Positions 1-12,123 of a DNA stretch of 64,000 nucleotides are shown piece after piece; position 1 is the first letter of the stretch; every line of letters begins with the position of its first letter. Source of the DNA: Batkoa obscura (taxonomy: Eukaryota); the NCBI GenBank assembly GCA_030770535.1, contig JASVEC010000002.1:124001-188000 (forward strand), read 5' to 3'. The position numbers and the translations under genes are program-made. Below the pieces are notes generated by a model. That model did not search any database, was not told where the DNA came from, and saw nothing but the letters and a program-made list of their open reading frames with translations.

Positions 1-412
1 GACATCTTGTAAAGTGCTAATATAAATTATCTTAAAAATCAAAGCACTCACTTTGAATGTTCATTTCCTAATATAAAGTAGTTAAGAAAGATTACTTTTT
101 TTTTTGGGAAACTACTAAAATTGTGGCATTTTTTTTGCCACTTTCACTACAAAATTCAATCCAGCCAATCAAATGGTTGAATCCGATTGTTCAATTTACA
201 ACTAAAATAGGAAAATGGAGGTTTTTAAATTGTTCTGACACGGTTTGGTAAATATTTTGCATTAAATATCAGAAATATATTCATTTTAAAAATTTGCATG
301 AAATTTTATAAGTAGAAATCGCTTCTTTAATTATATAATAACTTTTAATATAGTATCCTGTCCCAGATATAAAAATTAGTTAATAACTTTGATTAGGATG
401 TTTAATATATAG

Positions 413-870
413 CGTGAGATCTGGTACTTAGTGATTGGAGTCAAAAACAGCTATTACTTGGTTGACTATACTGTAAGTTGAAAGGCCTTAGTTTATGTGA
501 TTAAGATATACTTGAATTGTGAAGAATAGCAAGTAATATGTTACAGACTATGTAAGACAAATAGAATAGACAATAGTAATGTAAAATCTACATAAAACAC
601 TATTAAGTAAGCTTAGTGGCTTTATTGAATGTATGATATATCAAGGAATAACTCAGTTGAAAAGCCACAAGTTACTATGTTCTAGAATCTCTTTTATACT
701 CCAACAAGTATGGATATCAAAACAGGGAAATAATGTCCTTCAGAATCGCATGAAAGAAATTCTCAGCAAATCAAAATAAGAATATAGGATTAATTGCCTC
801 TGAACTGTGAACACAATTTAAATGGTTATTATGCTATAATCAACCATGGAGCTGACAGCGATATTTCATA
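413..870 (-). mobile_element. Solo-LTR-like repeat (~455-bp family), copy 1, decayed
   Basis: Reverse-complement match along its length to 4189-4633 and 7136-7598; decayed termini CGTGAGAT..ATTTCATA versus TGTGAAAT..ATTTCACA; no TSD recognisable. Confidence 0.8.
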
Positions 871-949
871 TTATTAATGTAATTTATATATTAATATTGA
901 TTAAGGTTATAATATATAAATATATATTTTTATAAATTATTATCAAAAA

Positions 950-1020
950 ATGTTTATTGTTAACTGCTTTATAACCAATATTACAAATTTATTATTAAAT
1001 AAATAGGTTAATATTTTAAT
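950..1020 (-). mobile_element. Remnant of Sola2-like subterminal (right-end) sequence
   Basis: AACTGCTTTATAACCAATATTACAAATTTATTATTAAATAAATA resembles 15383-15430 of the intact element. Confidence 0.6.
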
Positions 1021-1025
1021 TATAT

Positions 1026-1122
1026 GGGGGTGTTTTTTGGCTTCATTATTTTTTCCATCTTTTAAGCGCTATTTGAGTGGAAAAATTATTAGCAAAATTC
1101 TTAAACACAAAATTACATTCCC
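1026..1122 (+). mobile_element. ~97-bp MITE (Sola2-associated)
   Basis: GGGGGTGT..ACATTCCC ends, core TTTAAGCGCTATTTGAGTGGAAAAA, TSD ATAT/ATAT; a partial decayed copy follows at ~1138-1200. Confidence 0.9.
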
Positions 1123-1420
1123 ATATTATTAGTATATAGGGTTTTTTTAGTTTCATCACTTTTTCTATTTTTTAAATACTATTTAAGCAAAAAAACTATT
1201 TGAAACATTAAGTTATCGGTCCTATAATTATAACTTATAAAGTACAATCAATTTAGGGCTTTTTATTTTGATTTACTATGAGACTTTTACTGATTAATTG
1301 CAAAAAGCATCAACTCCTTAGTTTGATATCTATATTCAGTAGTTATAATAATAAGTTATATCTGTTACCATATTCTGTATACAGCTACCTAATTTGAACA
1401 TAAAAGAGGGTTTTCAATAC

Positions 1421-1519
1421 GGAGATGTATTTTTGTATTTAAGAATTTTATTAACAAATTTTCCACTCAAACAGCACTTAAAAGATAAAAAAAGTAATAA
1501 AGCCAAAAAAAATATCCTT
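1421..1519 (-). mobile_element. MITE, decayed
   Basis: Reverse match to MITE consensus; flanks ATAC/ATAT. Confidence 0.85.
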
Positions 1520-1895
1520 ATATATTACAAGCTTTTAGATTTTAGTTTTATTATAGCAATCCCAATCCTTTAGAGGTTTATAAAACAGGTTTCAGGAGGG
1601 AGCTACTGGGGCCAAAGTAAGTTCAACCATTAAGTAAATTAAAAGTTTATATTCAAGGAGGGACGAGGTAGGTGATGTGGTGAAGAAATCAAATATTAGC
1701 TTTGAGGGGGATGGAGATAACGGGTAGGATGATTGATGAAAGGATAATGGAGTAGGTAGATAAGTTAATATCGAATCATCTTCTTTTAGTTATTTTTTTA
1801 ACTCTGCTTTTTTGATTAATATAACTATGATTTTAGATTATGTATAGAGCATTCAAAACTATTTAATATAAAGTTCTAAATTATCTTTTTTATAT

Positions 1896-1993
1896 GGGAA
1901 TGTATTTTTTTATTTAAGAATTTTACTAACAATTTTTTTACTCAAATAGCGCTTAAAAAATGGAAAAGTAATGAAACCAAAAAAAACATCCTC
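1896..1993 (-). mobile_element. MITE
   Basis: Reverse match to consensus, TSD ATAT/ATAT. Confidence 0.9.
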
Positions 1994-2731
1994 ATATCAT
2001 TTTCTACTTTTACATAATTAAAACTAAAGATTAGATTGACCTTTTTATTAGCTAAAAATACATCGTTGTTTCTTTTAATCCTTGAGTCTTTAGATGTAAT
2101 GATTCTTTACATTTCATCTGCACCTAAAGTTTATTTGAATTTAGTAAAAAACTAACTGTGCTTTTGTTAAACTCCTTAGTGTTAATTTATAGTATTTAAC
2201 ACATGTGGGTTAGTTTAAAAACTCAAAATTTTGTCCAATTCTGATTAGTAAAAACTGCAAATCAAGTATTAAGTGTTATAAGAATATTTACTTTTTTGCT
2301 TAATTTTAAAACTTACATTGGGACATTTTTTTGCCCAGTTTTAATAGTTTAAAAAAATTTACACCAAACATTGAATGAACAAAAAAGTATAATTGAGGAA
2401 TTTTATTTTTTTAACCGTTTTGAAGTTTTTCATATAGCAAAATACAGTTATTTGATTAAACCATTTTTAAGAACAAAGATGCATCTTTTAACTCTATAAA
2501 TGTCAAATTGGTGTTTTATTACTTGTGTATTGTCATTTAAGAACATAAAAAGGATATCTACATCTAGTCATAGATCAAAGTGACTTTTCATTTATGAATA
2601 AAAAATAGTAGTAAAATATTGAACAAATAATTATGATTTGATGAAAGACAGGTGAAACAAAAGTAAGTACTGAGTATAAAAGGGATTATAAACGTATTAA
2701 CTTAATCCATTTTTTTATTTGAGAAATAAAA

Positions 2732-3003
2732 ATGCATAACGAGACCAATGCAAAATGTATAATGAAAGAAATGTTTCCATAAGTAGCCATAGTTTCTTTA
2801 TCCTTAACACGTGTAGTCATATCACTAATAATTGAATTGAGTAATTAAATTGTATTATTCGAACTTAAATTTTTAAATTTAATCATAGTAATATATGATC
2901 GTAAATTGATAGATAGAATTCCTCTTAGGTTACAAACGACTATTTCATTCTATAATATTTGGGCTCATACTTTTCCATTGTGGATAAGAACAAACAATAA
3001 TAT
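2732..3003 (+). pseudogene. 5' fragment of cAMP-receptor-like 7TM gene, truncated by Sola2 left end
   Basis: Exon 1 2732-2840 (in-frame TAA at 2780), intron 2841-2888, exon 2 reads IYDRKLIDRIPLRLQTTISFYNIWAHTFPLW, homologous to IYDHKLVDRVTLRLQTVISCYDIWVHSFPLW of the 59-kb and 63-kb genes. Confidence 0.85.
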
Positions 3004-3217
3004 GGGGCTGTCTTAATTAGTCTCAGAATTTACTTAGAAATTAATCCAAATTTTAAATTTTAAAATTTGTGTCTAATATGACAGTTAAATCTAAAAAGCC
3101 TAAATTAAATCTCTCTATTTAAAACCTATTTTGATTGTTTCCTTTTCTTAGATAGCTAATTTTACTAATTATGTTTTGTGTTATTTCTGTTAGATATTTA
3201 ATAGATATTTAATAAAT

Positions 3218-3316
3218 GGGGATGATTTTTTTGACTTCATTACTTTTTCCACCTTTTAAGCGCTATTCGAGCGGAAAATTTGTTAGTAAAATTCTTAAAC
3301 GCAAAAATACGTCCCC
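3218..3316 (+). mobile_element. MITE nested in Sola2 5' region
   Basis: GGGGATGA..ACGTCCCC, TSD AAAT/AAAT. Confidence 0.9.
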
Positions 3317-3983
3317 AAATATTTAATAAATATTTAATAGATATATAATATATAACTATATGATTATATAATTATATAAATACAGTTATTTGACTTTATT
3401 TTTTGTTGAAATAGAAATAAAAATAAAGTGCAAACTTTCATAACTAAACTTCGAAATGGAATTTTTGAAAATTTCAATACAATAGGGAGGAGTACACAAT
3501 ATAAACATTGTAATTCATTTGCGTCAATTTTAAGAGGCACTTATAACAACCCAAGGTTTGTGGAATCTTATAATAAAACAAAACAAAGAAAAGATATATT
3601 ATCAAAGTTTACTATCGATAATAATAAACTTAATCAAGTAATGTATAAAATTAGCGCTTTAAGCGAAACAGGAAACAAAAATCAGCAAGTAGCGTTATTA
3701 TCAACTATAGCTTCAGTATATTCTTTTGATGAATGTAAGAGTTTTGGGTTTAATATAAATAGAAATCAATATGATTATTCAAAAACAAGTAATAATAATA
3801 AAATATCAACATTAAAACCTATTATTAAAAATACAAAAAATTAGAAATGAGCAAATTGAAACTATTATACAATATTTACTAAATGATTCAACTATTTCAT
3901 CAAGATTTAATAAAAAAAATAATGATAGTAAATATTCATCAGATAATATATATATATTAAATAAAAGTAGAAGAATGATATAT

Positions 3984-4082
3984 GGGGATGTCTTTTTTGG
4001 CTTCATTACTTTTTCCACCTTTTAAGCGCTATTTGAGTGGAAAAATTGCTAGTAAAATTCTTAAATACAAAAACACATCCCC
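3984..4082 (+). mobile_element. MITE inserted in transposase CDS
   Basis: GGGGATGT..ACATCCCC; TSD ATAT/ATAT, with a single ATAT at the empty site in the 56.39-kb copy (GAATGAT-ATAT-AGTAAAT). Confidence 0.95.
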
Positions 4083-4188
4083 ATATAGTAAATGTTTTAA
4101 TGATTTAAAAAATAAAGCAGTAGCTAGGTCAACGTTTTTTAAATACATACCAAGTAATTTCAAAAATGCAGCAAGAAAATATATTTAT

Positions 4189-4633
4189 TGTGAAATATCG
4201 CTTTGCCAGTCCCATGGTTAATTATAGCATAATAATCCCCCAAGCTATTGTGTTCTCAAGTTCAGAGAAAATCAATCCCACGCTCTTAGTTTGATTTGCT
4301 ATGAGAATTTCTAGCTCCATCCCAAAAAACATTACCTTCTCATTTTGATATTTATACTTTTCAGAGTATAGTAGCTCGAGACTTTTTAACTGAATTATTC
4401 CCTGATATCTCGAACATTTAATAAAGCCACTAAGTTTACTTAATAGTATTTTATGTAGGTTTTACATTACTATTGTCTATTTTGTCTGTCTTGCATAGTC
4501 TGTAGCCTATTATGTGCCATTCTTCATAATCCAAGTCTATCTTAGTCACATAAACTAAGATCTTTCGACTTACAGTATAGTCAGCCAGACAATACCTGTT
4601 TTGACTCCAACCACTGAGTAACTAGATTTCACA
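4189..4633 (+). mobile_element. Solo-LTR-like repeat, copy 2 (left border of receptor block)
   Basis: TGTGAAAT..ATTTCACA 8-bp inverted termini (TG..CA), internal AATAAA; direct repeat of 7136-7598. Confidence 0.85.
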
Positions 4634-5053
4634 TAAAACATTAAAATAATATTTTTTATAATAAACCTGAATAAAAAAGTTTTAAATTAATTGTATATAA
4701 ATTTATAAACATAGTTAATTTTATTGGTAAAAATATTTAAAATGCTTAAAAGATAAAAAAACAAGAGAATGACTTTTTTGTTTTATATCTAATGTTTTAA
4801 TTTTACTAGTAATTTTTAGTTTCAAATAAAATAAATCATAATATTTCAGCACGTTCTTTTCAAAGTCAATAATAATATAAACAACAACTATCATAGATAA
4901 AAATTACAAAAAATGATGTAAAGATATTATTGTTTTAAACAGGATAATTTATTTCTATAGCTAGTATTATCTAATTCAACATAAAGTAAATCAACTCCAT
5001 ATATAAAATGAGAAGTGAATGAAAATAATTTATTGGTTAAATTTATAAAAATT

Positions 5054-6291
5054 ATGGAGTTATCTACTCTCCAACAATATTTAGCTCAAGAATACGTACC
5101 AAAAGCCTCTTACATCTCTGCCTGTTTAGTATCCATTAATATTTTATTTATGATTGGAATGTGTAATTAGTTAATTCTATTGATCTAATTCATATTAATC
5201 TTTGTATTAGCTATTTATGATAGTAAATTAGTAAATCGAGTTTCCTTGAGATTACAAACCGCTTTAGCAGCCTATGATCTTTGGTTACATACCGGATCAT
5301 TATGGAAAACGCCTTATGCTAAAGGACCTGGTCCTCTTTGCGTTTTTTTTGGATGGAATATGGTAGCTACTACGCTGTTTTATTCTTTTATCAATGTATC
5401 TATTGGCGTTAATTTACAACTTATTTTTATTCATAATAAAAAAATTACAAAGAGAATTGAAGTCGGATACTGGTTGGTACCAATATTACTTTCGCTTATT
5501 ATTTCTGTTCCACCATTAGGTAAGTTTGTTATTAAAAAAAGGTTGGTATAAATCATAACACTTTTTAAGCCTTAGGGCGATTCGGATGGTATTCTTACGG
5601 CGGTTGTTATATGATTGCACCTGACGGAAATGAATATCAAATGAAAATGCTGGATTTACTTGGGGTCCAACTTTGGAGATCAATTTCACTTGTTTATCTT
5701 ATTGTTATTGTTACTATTGTGTTTTTAAGACTAAATCGACAAGTATCTATAACTGGACCTAATAAATCCAGAATTGACCCTAAACTTTCATCAAAAGCTA
5801 CAAAAGCGGTCAAGTTATTAGGCTATCGAATGTAACAGTTTACTTAATTGTGTATTTTTTGAGTGATTAATTAAGCTTTCAGTTTGCTATATCCAATAGG
5901 TATGTTAGTGGCTTATTCTGCTGGTATTATATCTCAAGTTTATTACGATTTTGGTGAAGCTAGTGAAGCATTAGATGCACTAAGTTATATTACTTACCCA
6001 CTCGGTGGTACTTTAAATTTTTTTGCTTTTTTTTGTGATCCGACAGTACATAAAGCAATTAGAACAGTTTATAATAGGATTAAAAATAGTAAAAGGGAAG
6101 TAGAGGAAGATGGTAGAATTTTTTTTAAGTTCATTTACTTATAATAATCTTTTGTTCTTTTAGCTAATGAAATTCAATTGGAATTGTATGGGATTAATTT
6201 GAGTTTAGAAGATAATACAAATAATAATAGTAATAATAACGGTACTGATAACAACAACCAGTCACTTACCAATATAATTCAACTCCTATAA
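5054..6291 (+). CDS. cAMP-receptor-like (Crl/Git3-type) 7TM receptor, intact, 5 exons
   Basis: Exons 5054-5162, 5211-5519, 5570-5831, 5883-6112, 6164-6291 join in frame across GT-AG introns; multiple hydrophobic helices, NRVSLRLQ after TM1, LNFFAFFCDPTV at TM7. Family assignment is by motif recollection. Confidence 0.85.
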
Positions 6292-6431
6292 AGTATTAGC
6301 TTTATACATTGAAATTTTCTATATTTCTTTTGCTTTATTATCTACTTCAAGAGCTCCTTGATTATGTTTAACTTATGGTGTTTGAAAATTGTTTATAGCA
6401 ATCACCATCCATTAAAGTAAGCTGTTTACAA

Positions 6432-6640
6432 TTAGAAATTCTTTAGTGAAATTATTAAGCTTTTGAAAAATGTTGCTATAAGAAACAGGGAAGGTAAGAA
6501 AAAAGATATATTGCTCATGTCTGTCAACCTTAGTATAAAAAATATACCTTTCTTTAATTCTTGATAGTATACACAAGCTCTTGAATAAATAAATTCATAT
6601 TTCAATATTGGAACTATAAGGGGATAGAAACTAGTCATAG
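6432..6640 (-). pseudogene. Decayed ORF remnant of unknown family, paralog of 10954-11208
   Basis: Shares GGAACTATAAGG (6610 vs 11125) and TAGTGAA(A/G)TTAT (~6444 vs ~10969) at similar spacing. Confidence 0.4.
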
Positions 6641-7135
6641 TCCCTTACTTATATAGTAATATAAAAAACAAACGAAAGTTATATATCAATTTGATTCATC
6701 AATATCAAGCATAGAATTCGAATACTTTTTTCTTAAGCTATGGTGCTAATCCCTATTAAATTCTATATTAGGATTGAATGCCACATTTAAGTTCTTAATC
6801 TCGCCCTATTTATAATTGGACCGTTTTTTAATTTTTTAATTTATACTCCAATTATAAATAATTTTGTTCTCATTTTGTATTCCTTAAAACTATTAAATTT
6901 ACTCTCAGATATGAATATTAGGTTAATTGACCGAATTTTTATTAATTTTAGTATTTTTTCGTTTTTTAGAATATCGTTATAGTAATACCTGCGGATAATT
7001 GCCATGAAAGTGAAATGAGTTGCCACACTTTTTTATTTGCAATATAAGGTTTAGCCTGTTAGTCATGGAGCCATTATTAAAACTGCAGCTTAAGCCAATA
7101 AAATTCCTCTTACAGTTTTAAATAAAGTCAAACCC

Positions 7136-7598
7136 TGTGAAATATCGCTTTGCCAGTCCCATGGTTAATTATAGCATAATAATCCCCCAAGCTATTGTGT
7201 TCTCGAGTTTAGAGAAAATCAATCCCACGTTCTTAGTTTGATTTGTTATGAGAATTTCTAGCTCCATCCCAAAGAATATTATCTTCTCATTTTGATATTT
7301 ATACTTGTTGGAGTATAAAAGAGTTTACAGGGTATAGTAGCTCGAGGCTTTTCAACTGAATTATTCCTTGATATATCATACATTCAATAAAGCCACTAAG
7401 TTTACTTAATAGTATTTTATGTAGATTTAAATTAGTATTGTCTATTCTGTTTGTCCTATATAGTCTGTAGCCTATTACGTTTTATTCTTCATAATCCAAG
7501 TCTATCTTAGTTACATAAACTAAGACCTTTCGACTTATAGTGTAGTCAACCAAGCAATAGCTATTTTTGACTCCAAATACTGAGTACTAGATTTCACA
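7136..7598 (+). mobile_element. Solo-LTR-like repeat, copy 3 (right border of receptor block)
   Basis: TGTGAAAT..ATTTCACA; TATAAAAG at ~7314 followed by AATAAA at ~7386, a U3-R-U5-like order; no PBS or PPT adjacent. Confidence 0.85.
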
Positions 7599-8116
7599 AT
7601 GTGCCCAGTACACAATTAGAAAAAAGTTATTTGAAAATAAAATAAATACAGCAATAAAAAACAAAGCAGAGATAGAAGAAATTTTCAATGAAGAAAAATT
7701 ATACAAGTTACATAAATTCTGTGTTGATACTCAAAAAAACATATTTAATGAAACTATTAAAAAATCAAATAATAAAGGTTGTATAATAATTTTGGATTTT
7801 GAACAAAATATGGAAATAGGAATAAGACCAGATTCAATAACTTTAGATCGTTATAATAAACAAGCTATATCAGTATTAGATTTTGGTGTTTTATATTTAA
7901 AAGATGATAAAACAATAGGCAAAGTTTACTTTGATTATTTATCTCAAATATTGAATCATAATTTAGCATATGCAGGGGATTGTTTAATCAATTTGATCTC
8001 TACAGAGCTTCTATTTAAAAAGTTTACAAAAATTGATATATGGACAGATACAGGAAATCATTTTAGATCCCAAGAGTTCCTACATTATACATTTAAAGAA
8101 ATTCATTAAAATAAAT

Positions 8117-8211
8117 GGGGCTGTTTTTTAGTTTCATTATTTTTCCATTTTTAAGCGCTATTTGAGTGGAAGGATTGTTAGTAAAATTCTTAAACAAAAA
8201 AACACATCCCC
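8117..8211 (+). mobile_element. MITE inserted in transposase CDS
   Basis: GGGGCTGT..ACATCCCC; TSD AAAT/AAAT; empty site visible at ~57015. Confidence 0.95.
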
Positions 8212-8749
8212 AAATAGTGGTTTGAATGTTGACCTTAATTTTTTTGCTGAGCATTATGGAAAAAGTATAGTTGATGGACATTTTGGAAACCTTTCAAAAT
8301 GGAAAAGTAGTTTTGAAGCATTAGGTAAAATAGAAGATATCGATCAATTGATTTCAAGATTTGAGACTTTTATTTGCGAGCATAATAAAATTAATAACTC
8401 GACTGTTAATAATGCGAAAACAGATATAGTTTTTAAAAAGTATAAAAGAAACAAAAATACGAAAGGAATGATAGAGGTGCAAGACATTAAGAAGTATTTA
8501 CATTTTACTAAACATAAAAATAAACTACATTGTTATCCAGTATCTGATACATCAAAAAAAAGTAATATAGCTCCAATTAAAGCTATAGAGTCTATAGAAA
8601 ATAGAAAAATTAAAAGATCAATCCCAGCTTACCTTACGAAGATAACAGAGAATTTAAAACTTTCGATATTTACTAAGCAAGTAAGTAGTTTGTTGAATGA
8701 CAGAAATAGATTATTAAATGTTAAGATTACTTAAATCATTAATAATCAA

Positions 8750-9210
8750 TATAAAGTCTGGTACTCAGCGTTTGGAGTCAAAAATAGCTATTGCTTGGTT
8801 GACTACACTATAAGTCGAAAGGTCTTAGTTTATGTAACTAAGATAGATTTGGATTATGAAGAATAAAACGTAATAGGCTACAGACTATATAAAACAAATA
8901 AAACACATAATATTAATATAAAATCTACGTAAGATACTATTAAGAAAACTTAACTGAATTATTCCCTGATATCTCGAACATTTAATAAAGCCGCCAAAAA
9001 GCCTCAAGTCATTATGTTTTAGAATCTCTTTTATACTCCGAGAAGTATAAATATTAAAATAAAATAATATTCTTTAAGGCGAAGATAGAAATTCTCATAG
9101 CGAATCAGAATAAGAGTGTAGGACTAATTGTCTCTATAATTGAGAATACAACAGCTTAAGCGATTATTATGCTATAATTAACCATGGGGCTAACAAATTG
9201 ATGTTTCACA
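8750..9210 (-). mobile_element. Solo-LTR-like repeat, copy 4, just after the transposase stop codon
   Basis: Reverse match to family; empty site ATAGCTAAGTTAAT at ~57546; flanks TCAA/CTAA suggest a decayed 4-bp TSD. Confidence 0.85.
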
Positions 9211-9718
9211 CTAAGTTAATAAATAGTCAAAGAACAAGTAATTGTAATAATATGTAAAAACTATTATTATATTACTTGTATTGTATAGGGATGGCTAATT
9301 ATAGTTTTGAAGCTAATTATTGACTTAGCAATATATTGATAATATAATTATAACATTAAAATAGCTTATTTATTTGATAACAAATCTGCAGTTGGTTATA
9401 AAACAGTCGATAATAAATGTTTCTTAATAAAGTTTTATAAGAATATGTATTTAATATTTAGTAGAAATTCAACTAACTTACAGTATGAGCTATAATAGAA
9501 TGATTTAGAACTGTGCTTGGGTACTTTTGTTTTAATAAAAGATGTGATTTTATATAATTTTAAGCGAAGTTTTTAAGATACAAAATATTTAAAAATTGGA
9601 TAAAATGATGAAACTAATTCAGACATTCTCATATGATAACTTGATTTAAAAGTAAAACCACACAAATAAAGAGCAAACTTATTATTTTTTAATATTATTT
9701 AAATTCGACTTATTGTAG

Positions 9719-10740
9719 CCATATATGATCGCCAAATTATAAATAGAGTATCTTTGAGGTCACAAACTGTGTTGTTAGCTTATGACTTTTAGTTTCATAC
9801 AGGATCACTTTACTTTTTTTTTGGGTGGGCCACAATAGTGTTTGCGTTACTTTATTCCTTCGTGAATGTATCTATTGCTTTAGACCTCCGGTTTATCTTC
9901 ATTCATGATAAACCAGTTACTAAAAGAACTGAAGCTATTTATTGGGTAGCTTCTGTATTTTTTTCACTTTTGATTACATATCCTCCATTTAGTAGACTTC
10001 TATAGATACGCAATTAAATTGATTAGCTTATAAAATTATCTTTAGGAAAATTTGGTTGGAATGGTTATACCAGTTGCTATTTAAATCCAGCTAAGGGAGA
10101 GAAATTTCAGATAAAAATGCTGGGTCTTTTTAGTGTTTGATTTTGGAGATTATTAGTACATATCCTATCTCATTGTTGTCGTTACATTGTGTTTATGAAG
10201 TCAATTCTAGAAGCTGTGTTAGCTGACACTAACAAACTCAACAAGGATACTAAATTTTCATCAAAAGCATTCAAGGCCATTAATCAATTAGGCTGCAGAA
10301 TGTATCATTACTAATTTTTTTGTTTTTTCAAAGTTGGTGAATTTTTAGATTGTTATATCTTATAATGTTAATCACTTATTCTTCTGAAATTATATCTCAA
10401 ATTTGTTACAATTTTAATGATAAGCCTAGCCTTATCTTAAATCCATTTAACTTATGTTACTTACCTATTAGCTGGTACCTTAAATTTTACTGTTTTTTTT
10501 TGTGATCCTACAGTTTATAATAGAATTAAAGTGACTTATTGTAGGATTAAAAATAAATCGAATGATGTAAAAGGGGATGGTATGTTTATTATTTGATTTA
10601 TTTTTATAAAGTCGTAGCTTTTGGTTTATCTAGATAATGTGAAAATGTATAGCATCAGCTCCGATTTAGAAGTTGGAAATAACAGTGGTAATTACAAAGA
10701 GAATACTGTTAATAATGAAGGATTTATCAGTTTAATGTAA
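9719..10740 (+). pseudogene. cAMP-receptor-like 7TM pseudogene, exon 1 not found
   Basis: AIYDRQIINRVSLRSQT, in-frame stops and deletions, LAGTLNFTVFFCDPTV; same intron layout as 5054-6291. Confidence 0.85.
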
Positions 10741-10953
10741 TCCCTGCAATATAAATTTTATAACAAAAACTGTTCAAAAAGTACCTTTATTATGCTATTT
10801 CTTTCCTAAGTTAACGTCATTAAACCAATATAAATGATTGAAATAGTATGATGACTGTTTGTGTAAAAAGATAAAATTATATGTATTTTAATTGCTAGTT
10901 TGGCTTTTGGAATATTGTCTAGTCTATTTGGTGCATTTGATTTTGAAAAATAA

Positions 10954-11208
10954 TTAGGTAATTTCTTCTAGTGAAGTTATCGATAGTAAAATAGATATTG
11001 ATATTAAGAAAAATATCGGTATTTTGTATGCATCTGTATCAAATGTAGCTAGAACTTGCTTTATTTTCAATTCCTTGAAAGTATATTCAACCTTGTTGAT
11101 GAAGAAATTTTTTAATTTGATACTGGAACTATAAGGAATAAAAGCTGATTCGAACTCTATGCCTGTATACTTATAATAAGGAAGTAGACCGAAGCTGCAC
11201 ATCAACAT
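10954..11208 (-). pseudogene. Decayed ORF remnant of unknown family, paralog of 6432-6640
   Basis: 84-aa ORF containing FIPYSSSIK..SITSLEEI; patchy nucleotide similarity to the 6.4-6.6-kb region. Confidence 0.4.
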
Positions 11209-11946
11209 TATTCTTTATATTCAGCCATTCAATCACTACTTTAATCCAAAACATAGCACTACCCCTTTGTCAACTATGTGTTATTGTAAAATGTCAGATT
11301 ATTAAGGGCTTAACATCTTATAATTTATATTTGAGTTATTTTCTGCCTTTATTACCAAATTCAATTTTTTATTAGTCTCACTTTAGTCTAATTTTTAAAC
11401 CTATTATTAAGAGTATGACTAACTAGAGAAATCTTTACTTTTTAGCTAAGTTGTATTATTACTTTTAACTAGTTATAGTAATAAATTATTAATTAGAATT
11501 CAAACATAGCTTTTTTGAGGTTGTTTGGCATAGCTAGGGCTAGATATTGCCACTCAATCTCAACTATGTGTTTAAACTTCATGACTGCAACAATTATGAG
11601 TATTTAGTTACTGTACAGTTGTTTATAGAATATAGCTGTATTTATAAACTTAGTATCTTATGAGCTGTCGTTACCTAAATACAAGTACTATTCAAGCTAA
11701 TGAACATTTGTTAGTTATGGTTAAACTACTAGTATATCCCCTAGTAATATCCTTGTTTAAGGTATTTGGACAAATAGTAGCCTACAGTGAGTTATTATGT
11801 AGACTTAAATACAGATTTTTACTGGATTACGTACAACTTGAGAAGTCCGATGGCATTTAATCGAAAACGCCATAAGACTTTTTATATTTTGTATAAAAGT
11901 TTTGTTAAAACAAAAACAACGATACCTCCATTCTTTTAAAATTATT

Positions 11947-12044
11947 GGGGATGTATTTTTGTATTTAGGAATTTTGCTAACAATTTTTCTACTAAAATAG
12001 TGCTTAAAAGATGGAAAAAGTAATGAAGTCAAAAAAACACCCCT
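11947..12044 (-). mobile_element. MITE, ~80 bp downstream of the M64 stop
   Basis: Reverse match to consensus, GGGGATGT start. Confidence 0.9.
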
Positions 12045-12123
12045 ATCAATAGATCATGATAAACAAAGAGTAACAACGTAAACAATGAAATAGTATAACT
12101 AATAAATTAAAAATTAAATTTAT

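Larger units (their letters stand above)
3428..8734 (+). pseudogene. Disrupted Sola2-like transposase (coding pieces 3428-4188 and 7599-8734)
   Basis: ORF fragments 3428-3844, 7792-8109 and 8162-8734 match the intact 567-aa protein; start is GTG rather than ATG; frameshifts; two MITEs and a 3.4-kb block inserted. Confidence 0.9.
3004..9630 (+). mobile_element. Sola2-like DNA transposon copy A, inflated to 6.6 kb by nested insertions (3 MITEs, 3 LTR-like repeats, host receptor gene)
   Basis: Left TIR GGGGCTGTCTTAATTAG at 3004, decayed right TIR CTAATTCAGACATTCTC ending 9630, flanks ATAT/ATAT; colinear with 15160-17624 once inserts are removed. Confidence 0.85.

Noticed and set aside
161..175. 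CCAAT-box-like motifs (also ~19767, ~43846, ~46603, ~50950) and a possible minus-strand ATG at position 5
   Set aside because: Plausible ordinary promoter elements but too short to support; any gene lies outside the window.
1570..1810. Purine-rich stretch reading as a Pro/Ser-rich peptide on the minus strand
   Set aside because: Interrupted by stops, with no recognisable family or second copy.
1026..1993. Clustered short repeats resembling a CRISPR or REP array
   Set aside because: Irregular spacing, mixed orientation, TIRs with TSDs and a eukaryotic context identify them as MITEs.
3982..4221. Small ORFs with recurring FPPFKRYLSGKI..KNTSP peptides (also 8162, 11805, 14641, 31118, 60355)
   Set aside because: These are translations of MITE copies, not a peptide gene family.
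4189..7598. Full-length LTR retrotransposon or retro-transduced gene
   Set aside because: No gag/pol, PBS or PPT, and the enclosed gene retains four introns.
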